Source: Candidatus Woesearchaeota archaeon
GTDB lineage: Archaea; Nanobdellota; Nanobdellia; SCGC-AAA011-G17; JAFCDX01
Direction: 5' to 3'
DNA: 64,000 nt
Assembly (NCBI GenBank): GCA_017609465.1
Contig: JAFCDX010000003.1
Span: 46,712-110,711, forward strand
Translations under genes and position numbers: made by a program
The notes under the pieces: model-generated
What the model was told of the DNA's origin: nothing
Seen by the model: only the letters and a program-made list of their open reading frames with translations
Database searches by the model: none
Part shown: piece after piece, positions 1 through 8,437 of the stretch
Layout of the letters: each line of letters opens with the position of its first letter
Position numbering within the stretch: the first letter of the stretch is position 1

Positions 1-87
1 TTTCTCTGTTTTAGTCCTATTTGATAATTATACTCAATATTTTGAAGTTATGATAAGATTTATATATTATTTTAATATTAATAATCT

Positions 88-1719
88 ATGAAAAATAAAG
101 CATTGGTATTAAGTCTATTAATTATATTTAATATATCTATTGTTATTGCTACTGATTGTCAAGATTTTGATAATGGCAAAACCTATTTTTTGAAAAGTCA
201 TGCAATAGGAGATTGGTATGGTGGGGGAGATCCAAAAATATATGGTCAAGATCCTAATCCTTCATTTGGCAAACCAACATCAGATTCTTATTCAACATAT
301 TATGATTGGTGTACAGGACTTCAATTAATGGAAGCTATTTGTGATGCAAATGGGAAATTGAGTGTAGCAAGTTTTTCTTGTCCAAATGGATGTTATCAAG
401 GTGCTTGTAAATGTCAAACTAATTCAGATTGCCCTCAAGGATATGTATGTAGAGGAGATGGTTTTACATGTGTTGAAGGGGAAGATGTTGATTGTTATGA
501 TGATGGAAATGATTATTTTACAAAACAAAAAGTGCAAATTAGAAAAAATGGAATAATAGTTAGTACAAATTATGATAGATGTGAAGGGAATATATTAAAT
601 GAAGCATATTGCCAAGACCCACATTCTGATGATGTTTCTTTTCTTACTTATACCTGTCCAGATGGATGTTCAGAGGGAGCATGTTTAAAAATAATACAAT
701 GTACTGAGTCATGGAGTTGTAGTTCTTGGAGTTCTTGTATTAATGGGCAACAAACAAGAACTTGCACCGATACAAATAATTGTGGGACAACTTTAAGTAG
801 ACCCCCTTTATCACAATCTTGTACTGTTTCTAATGAAAAACCAGACTTTAGTGTGAATGGATTAGAAATATCAAGTGCTTCCGATGCTCCAAAAGAAGGT
901 AATTATGATAGAAATATATTTGTTAAAATATTTAATTCTGGGAAAGAGATTGTTCCTGGTTATTTAAGTTATGAAATAAAAGTAAAAGATGAAAATGGAA
1001 ATGATATTGATAGTTGTATAATGAATTCTTACCTTAATTGGTTTTCAAACAAAGAAGCCATAGTTAAAGGAGGTTCTTGTAGTTTAAATTTACCTGCAGG
1101 TAAATTAACATTCGTAACAGAAGTTGATGTAAAGAAAGAATATAATGAATTAAATGAAAATAATAATATTTATACCCAGAAAATAGAGATTTTATCAGAA
1201 GATTATAAATGTAAAGATAGTGATGGTGGAAAGAATTTTAATGTAAAAGGAGAAATTGAAGGTTATCTTATGGAAGAATTATCAATTAAAACATTTAAAG
1301 ATACTTGCGAGAATGTTAATAAACTTAAGGAATATGATTGTCAAAATGATGGTGCAAAAATAGGATATGTATATGAGAATTGCCAATACGGTTGTAAAGA
1401 TGGAGTTTGTTTAACAGAATCTATTCCCACCACTACTCCAACTCAATCAGAAGAACCCGAATCTGTAATTACAGAAGATGAATATTTAAAACAATCTTGT
1501 GATGGATGTTTAATGGAAGATAATTGTGTATCTTATGGAACAAGATTAGATGAAAAATATTGTAGTTTATCAAAAGATTTTTTAAATCAAAGAGATTTAG
1601 GCTCATCTTGTAATGAAAATTATGAATGTAAAAGCAATGAATGTTTAGATAGAGAATGTGTTTCTACTTACGGCTTATTAAAAAGAATATGGGTTTGGAT
1701 TAAAAATTTATTTAATTAA
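88..1719 (+). CDS. Secreted Cys-rich surface protein (repeated C-x-D-x-D-x-G modules, TSP1-like WSCSSWSSC segment, CARDB/Ig-like domain); probable cargo of element 1
   Basis: Signal peptide; three repeats of the C.D.D.G...F.K...D.C....L.E..C...C..GC..G.C pattern; PDFSV...N.G...VD...E.NE.NN CARDB motif; amphipathic C-terminus. Confidence 0.75.
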   Translation: MKNKALVLSLLIIFNISIVIATDCQDFDNGKTYFLKSHAIGDWYGGGDPKIYGQDPNPSFGKPTSDSYSTYYDWCTGLQLMEAICDANGKLSVASFSCPNGCYQGACKCQTNSDCPQGYVCRGDGFTCVEGEDVDCYDDGNDYFTKQKVQIRKNGIIVSTNYDRCEGNILNEAYCQDPHSDDVSFLTYTCPDGCSEGACLKIIQCTESWSCSSWSSCINGQQTRTCTDTNNCGTTLSRPPLSQSCTVSNEKPDFSVNGLEISSASDAPKEGNYDRNIFVKIFNSGKEIVPGYLSYEIKVKDENGNDIDSCIMNSYLNWFSNKEAIVKGGSCSLNLPAGKLTFVTEVDVKKEYNELNENNNIYTQKIEILSEDYKCKDSDGGKNFNVKGEIEGYLMEELSIKTFKDTCENVNKLKEYDCQNDGAKIGYVYENCQYGCKDGVCLTESIPTTTPTQSEEPESVITEDEYLKQSCDGCLMEDNCVSYGTRLDEKYCSLSKDFLNQRDLGSSCNENYECKSNECLDRECVSTYGLLKRIWVWIKNLFN

Positions 1720-1826
1720 AATATTTCTCTCATCTTTAATAAAAATTAATCTATATTCTTTACTATAGAAATCTTTATATATCATTAGGTATTGTAATAT
1801 AATATAAAATTATATGGGGATATATA

Positions 1827-1964
1827 ATGGTTATGATACAAATAGACTTGTCAGAAGAGGAAAACAAAATAGTAAACATCGTAAAATCTGTTAAAGGATT
1901 TATAACAAAGGAAGAAGCCATTAAATATATCATCAAACAGTTTAAACCAAGTTTAAGGCTGTAA
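1827..1964 (+). CDS. 45-aa protein (DUF2683/ribbon-helix-helix-like), element-associated
   Basis: MVMIQIDLSEEENKIVNIVKSVKGFITKEEAIKYIIKQFKPSLRL; conserved intact at 56183-56320; below the ORF-track size cutoff. Confidence 0.75.
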   Translation: MVMIQIDLSEEENKIVNIVKSVKGFITKEEAIKYIIKQFKPSLRL

Positions 1965-1990
1965 AAATAACCAGAGAACCCGAAGGTTCT

Positions 1991-3163
1991 CTTAAAAAAC
2001 TTTCTGATATCCGAACAGAAAGAGCTTATTCTATTTTAAAGAATGGAAAACCGAAAATAATAAATAAGCAAGAATTTTTAGTTCCAGCTTCAAATCCAAA
2101 TTACAAATTCAAAGTAACTCATAGAGATGCTTGGACTTGTGAATGCCCTGATTTTCAAAAAACCTGTAAGGATAAAGGATTATACTGCAAACATATTAAG
2201 GCAATTCAATTCTTTCTTAAATTAAGAAATAAAACAGAAATAGACAATATATTAAATGAAAATTCAAGAAAAGAATGTATCTACTGCAAATCTAAAAACA
2301 TAATCAAAAGAAGAATAAGAAAAAGCAATAAAGGAAATTTACAAAGATACTATTGTAAAGATTGTAAAAAAAGATTTATTCTAAATCCAATAAAATATAT
2401 TAAAATTAATGCTAAAAATATATGTTTAGTTATGGATTTGTATTTTAAGGGGTTATCATTAAGAGATATCCAAGATACATTAGACCAATTCCATAAAATT
2501 GAAATCAGTCATGAAAGCATAAGAAGATACATAAGAAACTTTACTAAATTAATGAATAATTATGTTAAAGAACAAACCAATGGAAAACTGAAATTAGGTG
2601 GTAAATGGCAGACTGATGAGCAAACCATTCAAGTAGGAAAAGAAAAGTTATGGAATTGGAATACTATTGATACAAAAACAAAATACTTAGTAGCTAACAA
2701 CATAACTAAATCAAGATATTATGATGATACTGTAAAAATAATAGAAAAAGCCAAGGAAGAGTGTGGAAGACCAGAAGAATTAAGAACAGATGGATTAAGG
2801 GGTTATCCAGGAGCTATTAGAGAAGTATTTGAATTAAATAAGTTAAAATTCCCTTATACTGTTCACGTTAAATCAAAGGGATTTAGAGATAATATTAATA
2901 CAAACATAGTAGAAAGATATCACAATGAATGGAGAGAGTTTGACAAAATAAGAAGGGGATTTGGTAATATGGAAACAGCTCAGGACTGGAATGAAGGTTA
3001 TAGATTATTCCATAATGTAATAAGAAAAAATATGGCTCTAAATGGCTTAACTCCTTTACAAAATGCAGAAATAGATTTAGATTTAGGAAGAAACAGATGG
3101 CTTGGATTATTACTTAAGTCCCTAAATGTGACAAATAAAGAAAATCATAATAAAAGCCCCTAA
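1991..3163 (+). pseudogene. IS6-family DDE transposase (SWIM + Zn ribbon + HTH + DDE), frame open but native start deleted
   Basis: Frame open 1946-3163: WTCECPDF..C.H SWIM, CIYC..CKDC ribbon, WQTDEQ, LRTDG, NIVERYH. A 60-bp deletion relative to copy 2 removes the SD and ATG; first ATG is 2432. Confidence 0.8.
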
Positions 3164-3177
3164 ACTGTGACATAGCC
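3164..3177. repeat. Right terminal inverted repeat of element 1
   Basis: ACTGTGACATAGCC, identical to 57581-57594. Confidence 0.8.
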
Positions 3178-3240
3178 TCTATAATATATATTTTCTATTA
3201 AATTGCAAATTGCAAGTATTCGCGCGACACATTTATAAAT
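3178..3240 (+). promoter_or_regulatory. Conserved post-TIR motif with TATA-like box, upstream of the radA operon
   Basis: 3183-3208 matches 57600-57625 at 25/26; both continue TTGCAA..GCGCG..ATTTATAAAT. Confidence 0.55.
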
Positions 3241-3307
3241 ACATCCAAATTATACTAATTTAACTCCTTTTGAAATAAAAACCGAAAGGAACAGGAGGTG
3301 TATTTGA

Positions 3308-3565
3308 ATGGATATAAATAAACCAATAAAAAAATTTCGTTCTGGAAACATAGAGAGCGCTGTATGGCTCAATGAAAAAGAAGTAAACGGCAATAAAGTA
3401 AATTTCAAGACAGTAAGTATAAGAAAATCATGGAATCAAGACGGAAAATGGCATGATCAAACAATAAATCTGAGAAAAAATGACATACAAAAATTACTTT
3501 TAGTTTTAAATAAGGCGCATGAGGACTTGCTATTAAGCGAAGAGGAAAGTGATGAAGATGAATGA
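3308..3565 (+). CDS. Small conserved hypothetical protein, possible PC4/SpoVG-like ssDNA-binding fold with acidic tail
   Basis: GGAGGTG SD; P.KKFR.G.I...VW.N and SW.QDGKW motifs; overlaps radA start. Confidence 0.6.
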   Translation: MDINKPIKKFRSGNIESAVWLNEKEVNGNKVNFKTVSIRKSWNQDGKWHDQTINLRKNDIQKLLLVLNKAHEDLLLSEEESDEDE

Positions 3566-4517
3566 GAAAAAGAAAATAACAATTGAGGATTTGCCAGGAA
3601 TAGGCGCTGCATCAGCAGAAAAATTAAGAGAAGCAGGATATGATAATCTTATGGCAATAGCAACAGCATCACCAGGAGAAATTGTAGAAATAGCAGGTCT
3701 TGGTGACAGTGCAGCAAAAAAAGCAATACAAGGTGCAAGAAATAAATTAGATATGGGTTTTGAATCTGGAGAGGATTTGTTAAAAAGAAGAGAGCAAGTA
3801 ATAAAAATAACAACAGGAAGTAAGAATTTTGATCAATTGGTAGGAGGTGGTTTTGAAACAGGATGTATCTCAGAATGCTTTTCCCAATGGGGGGGTGGAA
3901 AAACACAGATTGCACACTTACTCTCAGTACATGCACAATTACCCAAAGACCAAGGAGGTGCAGAAGGGATGGCTGTATACATAGATACAGAAGGAACATT
4001 CAGGCCAGAGAGAATAAAGCAACTTGCAGAAGGAAAGGGTATAGATGCAAACGAAGTCTTGAAAAACATAAAGGTAGCAAGAGCATTTAACTCAGATCAT
4101 CAAATGTTGTTGGCAGAAAAGGTCAATGATTTGATAACAAAAGACAATCTTCCAATTAAAGTTGTTATAGTGGATTCATTGACAGCTCATTTCAGGTCGG
4201 AATTCATTGGAAGAGGAACATTAAGTGAAAGACAACAAAAACTGAATAAGCATATGCATACCTTAATGAAATTGGCTACAACCCATAATATATGCGTTTA
4301 TGTAACCAATCAGGTAATGTCCAAACCAGATGTATTCTTTGGAGACCCAACAGAAGCAATTGGAGGTAATGTTGTAGGACATAACTCAGCATTCAGGATT
4401 TACTTGAGAAAAGGGAAGAAAGGTTCAAGAGTTGCAAAGCTGATTGACGCCCCAAATTTACCAGATGGAGAAGTATGCTTTATGGTTACAGAAAAAGGAT
4501 TAGTGGATGTTGAGTAA
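3558..4517 (+). CDS. radA: DNA repair and recombination protein RadA
   Basis: N-terminal HhH EDLPGIG; Walker A GGGKTQ; YIDTEGTFRPER; VDSLTAHFRSE; TNQV. Confidence 0.97.
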   Translation: MNEKKKITIEDLPGIGAASAEKLREAGYDNLMAIATASPGEIVEIAGLGDSAAKKAIQGARNKLDMGFESGEDLLKRREQVIKITTGSKNFDQLVGGGFETGCISECFSQWGGGKTQIAHLLSVHAQLPKDQGGAEGMAVYIDTEGTFRPERIKQLAEGKGIDANEVLKNIKVARAFNSDHQMLLAEKVNDLITKDNLPIKVVIVDSLTAHFRSEFIGRGTLSERQQKLNKHMHTLMKLATTHNICVYVTNQVMSKPDVFFGDPTEAIGGNVVGHNSAFRIYLRKGKKGSRVAKLIDAPNLPDGEVCFMVTEKGLVDVE

Positions 4518-4549
4518 AATATAAAAACCTTTTTTTCTTTTATTTTTTT

Positions 4550-5260
4550 ATGGTAGAACTAAGCATTATTATACCAACTTTGAATGAGGAAAAATATCTT
4601 CCAAAATTATTGGATTCTATAAAAAAGCAGGATTACAGAAATTATGAAATAATAGTCTCTGATGGAAATTCAAAAGATAATACACAAAAAATAGCAAAAG
4701 AATATGGATGTAAAGTAGTTGAAGGGGGATTGCCAGGAAAGGCAAGAAATAATGGTGCTAAAATAGCCAAAGGAAAATATTTGTTGTTTTTGGATGCTGA
4801 TGTTATTTTGCCAGAGACCTTCATTAAAGAAGTCATAGAAAAATTTGAATGGAAAGGATTAGATGCTATAACTTGTAAATCTATACCTCTAAGTAATAAA
4901 AAATCTGACAAAATAAAATATTTTTTCGCAAATAATTTTCTGAAAATATTTGAAAATATTAAACCCATGGGGGTAGGATATTGTATATTGACAAAAAAAG
5001 AAATTTTTGAGAAAGTGAAGGGTTTTGATGAAAGTTTAAAATTATGCGAAGATCATGATATTCTGAATAGAATATCAAAAGTAGGAAAATTCAAAGTTTT
5101 GTACAAACCAAAGATATATGTGTCCGTTAGAAGATTTGAAAAAGAAGGTAATATTTTAATCTTGAAATACATAAAAGTTACAATATATTATCTTCTTGGA
5201 AAAAGAATAGAATCAGAGAATATAATTGATTATAAATTTGGTCATTTTAATGAAGAATAA
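4550..5260 (+). CDS. Glycosyltransferase family 2
   Basis: SIIIPTLNEE, DGNSKD, ARN.GA, FLDAD, GFDE...ED. Confidence 0.92.
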   Translation: MVELSIIIPTLNEEKYLPKLLDSIKKQDYRNYEIIVSDGNSKDNTQKIAKEYGCKVVEGGLPGKARNNGAKIAKGKYLLFLDADVILPETFIKEVIEKFEWKGLDAITCKSIPLSNKKSDKIKYFFANNFLKIFENIKPMGVGYCILTKKEIFEKVKGFDESLKLCEDHDILNRISKVGKFKVLYKPKIYVSVRRFEKEGNILILKYIKVTIYYLLGKRIESENIIDYKFGHFNEE

Positions 5261-6354
5261 ATATTTTCCAATCTTTTAATAACACCATCCAAAGAATATT
5301 TCTTTACCATTTTCAATGACTCTTTACCAAATTTTTTTCTTAAATTTATATCATTACATAATTTTTCAAGCTTAAGAGACATTTCATCAGAATTAAATGG
5401 TTCAACAATAAACCCATTTTTATTTTCTTCAACAATTAAAGGAATTGCCAATCTATTGACCCCTACAATTGGAAGTCCTGAAGCCATTGCTTCTAAGATC
5501 ACTAATCCTTCTGTTTCAACTGTTGAAGCAGTAGCAAAAATATCACAACTTGAATAAAGATTAGCTAAATATTTTCTATCCATTGGACCAAAAAATTCTA
5601 CATTATATCCACGACATATTCTTTTTATTCTTTTTTCATCTGGCCCCGAGCCTGCAATTATTAATTTGGAATTAATTCCTTTTTTATATAATTTTTTAAA
5701 AGCTTCAACAAGAACATCTATATTTTTTTCATAAGAAATTCTCCCTACACAAAGAATTTTTGGAATCTTGTTAAACCTTGTCTTTTTAAATAATTTTAAA
5801 TCTATTCCATTACTTAAAGCTATAATTTTATTTTTAACTTTATTTTTAATTAATTCTTTTTTCATAGCTTCAGAAGGAGTGGTTACCAAATTACATCTAT
5901 TATAAAAAAAATTTGTATAAAACCACATTAATTTTTTCATAAAATTTAATTTATCTAAAAATCTTACTCTTGAATGTTTTAAAAAATCAGGTGCAATAGT
6001 ATGATATGTCCCTATTATTGGTTTGTTATTTTTTTTAGCAAAATACAATGATTCAAATGCAAAGGGCGTTGGAGTATGGACATGTATTATATCAGGATCA
6101 AAATCCTTTAAATCTCTTAAAAATTTAAGAGATGGTAATTCAATTCTAAAATTAGGATATTTTGTTAGTAAACCTGTTGAAATATATTCATTTATCTCTA
6201 TATTTTTATGTAAATTTGGTTTTTCTTTATGTTTTCTTGTAAAAATCTTTATCTTATGTCCTTTTTTTGATAACTTATCAGAAGAATTAAGTATTGATAT
6301 TACAACTCCATTTAACTCAGGATAAAATGTATTTGTTATAAATGCTATTTTCAT
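5242..6354 (-). CDS. Glycosyltransferase family 4 (GT-B, glycolipid-synthase-like)
   Basis: P.LNGV, DIIHVHTP, TYHT, GRISYEKN, ETEGLVILEAMASGLP. Confidence 0.92.
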   Translation of the reverse strand: MKIAFITNTFYPELNGVVISILNSSDKLSKKGHKIKIFTRKHKEKPNLHKNIEINEYISTGLLTKYPNFRIELPSLKFLRDLKDFDPDIIHVHTPTPFAFESLYFAKKNNKPIIGTYHTIAPDFLKHSRVRFLDKLNFMKKLMWFYTNFFYNRCNLVTTPSEAMKKELIKNKVKNKIIALSNGIDLKLFKKTRFNKIPKILCVGRISYEKNIDVLVEAFKKLYKKGINSKLIIAGSGPDEKRIKRICRGYNVEFFGPMDRKYLANLYSSCDIFATASTVETEGLVILEAMASGLPIVGVNRLAIPLIVEENKNGFIVEPFNSDEMSLKLEKLCNDINLRKKFGKESLKMVKKYSLDGVIKRLENIYSSLK

Positions 6355-6356
6355 AA

Positions 6357-6428
6357 TGCCCCTACCAGGACTTGAACCTGGGTTTCAACCTCCGCGGGGT
6401 TGTGTTCTATCCACTGAACTATAGGGGC
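6357..6428 (-). tRNA. tRNA-Arg(GCG)
   Basis: Cloverleaf GCCCCTA/TAGGGGC; anticodon arm CAACC-CCGCGGA-GGTTG; T-loop TTCAAGT. Confidence 0.9.
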
Positions 6429-6462
6429 AATTAGAAGTTTATATAATTTTACATTTAAAAAT

Positions 6463-7314
6463 TTAATTAATTAATTTTTTAAAACCTTTCTTAGTCTTGT
6501 TTTTTCCAAATTCAAGGATTCTATTCACATAATAAAAAGGATGGCGTGCATGCTTCCTGAATGCCAATGATCTTGAAACCAAAACCCTTGTAAATTTTCC
6601 ATTAGGATAATAATATACTTTATTATTTCTTTTCAAAATATTTTCTAAAAACTCGCTAACATTATTTGAAATAGAATAAGTTAGAACTTTTCCTGCATCA
6701 TATATCATATGACCATCTCCTCCTGCCGTAAATGCTTTATCATATTCTCTTGCCAGTTCAACAGCCCTCATGTTTTTGTTCTTAGCCAGATGTCCATTCA
6801 TAACTTCTATGCAATCAAAATCCTTTATTACATTAAATTTGTCCTCTCCTCTTTCTATATATAATTTAGATAACCCTTTCCCAATGCTATGGTGGATCCC
6901 AAAAGGATGCGGAAGAGATGAAATACCATTAAATTCCTTTGACTTTTCTATTATATCCTTTGCACTAACATTTATTCCTGCATATTTTACCTTTTTCATA
7001 TAAGGTTTTACGCATGAATTATAAAATTCTATCAAGTCATTTATTTTATAAAAGTAAAACAAAATATCCATATTCTCCTTTGACCTTACTTCTATTCCAG
7101 GTATTAGATTTATGTTTTCTGTTGAAGCTAATAAAGCTCCTTTAATCTCATTGTGGTCTGTTATTGAAATTCCTATTCCTTTTTTCCTGCAAAACTTAAC
7201 TATTGAATTTATTCCAGAAGATCCATCCGAATATTTGGAATGAAAATGCATATCAAAAAACAATCCCTGTTTTTTCAATTCATCCATATTAATCTCAGAA
7301 TTACTGTTTTCCAT
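6463..7314 (-). CDS. PHP-domain phosphoesterase
   Basis: DMHFHSKYSDG, ITDHN, PGIEV, PHPF, GGDGH. Confidence 0.9.
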   Translation of the reverse strand: MENSNSEINMDELKKQGLFFDMHFHSKYSDGSSGINSIVKFCRKKGIGISITDHNEIKGALLASTENINLIPGIEVRSKENMDILFYFYKINDLIEFYNSCVKPYMKKVKYAGINVSAKDIIEKSKEFNGISSLPHPFGIHHSIGKGLSKLYIERGEDKFNVIKDFDCIEVMNGHLAKNKNMRAVELAREYDKAFTAGGDGHMIYDAGKVLTYSISNNVSEFLENILKRNNKVYYYPNGKFTRVLVSRSLAFRKHARHPFYYVNRILEFGKNKTKKGFKKLIN

Positions 7315-7364
7315 GATTGAAATATCATCACAAGATTTATAAATATTATCTTATCAAGACTTGT

Positions 7365-7538
7365 ATGACAGAAAATTTAAAATGCATTTCTTGTAGCACA
7401 GAAATAACAAATATGGAAGGTTTTACTAGATTTAAATGTCCTAGTTGTGGCAATGTAGAATTAGTAAGATGCAGACATTGCAGAAAGATAGGTGCTAAAT
7501 ATAAATGTGGAAGTTGTGGTTTTGAGGGACCTAATTAA
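7365..7538 (+). CDS. Zn-ribbon protein, DUF1610/HVO_2753 family
   Basis: C.SC..F.CP.CG...RC..CRK...Y.C..CGFEGP; canonical position upstream of aEF1B. Confidence 0.9.
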   Translation: MTENLKCISCSTEITNMEGFTRFKCPSCGNVELVRCRHCRKIGAKYKCGSCGFEGPN

Positions 7539-7539
7539 A

Positions 7540-7815
7540 ATGGCAGATGTAATAGTTACAATAAAAATAATGCCTGAATCTATAAATGAGGATTTAGAAA
7601 AGATAAAGGAAAAGGCAATAAAAAAGATAAATGAATTTGGAGGGGAATTAGGAAAAGAAGAAATTGAGCCTGTTGCTTTTGGATTAAAAGCATTAAAATT
7701 GATAATTGTTTATAATGAATCAAAAGGAAGCCCCGATGCTTTGGAAGAAGCTATAAAAGATATTGAAGGAGTACAAAGTGCAGAATCTGTTGATGTGAGA
7801 AGAGCTATAGGATGA
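7540..7815 (+). CDS. ef1b: Translation elongation factor aEF-1beta
   Basis: KIMPES, EPVAFGLKAL. Confidence 0.95.
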   Translation: MADVIVTIKIMPESINEDLEKIKEKAIKKINEFGGELGKEEIEPVAFGLKALKLIIVYNESKGSPDALEEAIKDIEGVQSAESVDVRRAIG

Positions 7816-8405
7816 TGGAAGAAAAATTATCAAAATTAGAAGAAGAAATAAAGAATTTAAATCCTGATGAGCAAAAGCAAAAATTAAATGAGTTTATGCA
7901 AACCTTAAATCCTGAGGAATTAAATCAGATAAAGCAAAGCCAGTGTGTTTTTTGTTTGATAGCACAAAACAAAGCTCAAGCTAAAAAAGTTTATGAAGAT
8001 GATAAGTTTTTAGGAATATTGGATATAAGACCTGCAAATCCAGGTCATGTAATATTATTTCCAAAAAATCATATTAATTTTCTTTCTAATTTAAATGAGA
8101 AAGATATTTCTGATATATTTAATATTGCAAATAAGATAGGGATTAACTTGGTAGAAAAATTAAAAGCAGAAGGTGTTAATATATTGGTTTCAAGCGGTCT
8201 TGCTGCAGGACAAAAATTAGATCACATAGCAATCCATATAATTCCAAGGTTTAAAGATGACAAAATAAGTTTTGAATGGCAACCAAAAGAAATCAATGAA
8301 GAAGATCTGGAAAGAATAAAAAATTTGATAAAAGTTGAAGAAGTTAAAGAAGAAGTTAAAAAAATAAAAAAAGAGAAAATTGATGTAGAAAATAGAATTC
8401 CGTAA
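7812..8405 (+). CDS. HIT-family hydrolase with N-terminal extension
   Basis: CVFC, LDIRPANPGH, GQ..DHIAIHIIPR (variant histidine triad). Confidence 0.9.
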   Translation: MMEEKLSKLEEEIKNLNPDEQKQKLNEFMQTLNPEELNQIKQSQCVFCLIAQNKAQAKKVYEDDKFLGILDIRPANPGHVILFPKNHINFLSNLNEKDISDIFNIANKIGINLVEKLKAEGVNILVSSGLAAGQKLDHIAIHIIPRFKDDKISFEWQPKEINEEDLERIKNLIKVEEVKEEVKKIKKEKIDVENRIP

Positions 8406-8437
8406 TCTTTAAATACCAATTTTATTTCTAAAAATCA

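Larger units (their letters stand above)
1746..3177 (+). mobile_element. IS6-like element copy 1 (core shared with copy 2; left end probably upstream of the window)
   Basis: Strong DNA similarity to 56108-57594; ends in ACTGTGACATAGCC (3164-3177), identical to the right TIR of copy 2. Confidence 0.8.

Noticed and set aside
3210-3220. TTGCAAGTATT vs its reverse complement AATACTTGCAA in the copy-2 flank, as an invertible switch
   Set aside because: Only 11 bp, built around a palindromic TTGCAA; neighbouring order does not fit a single inversion
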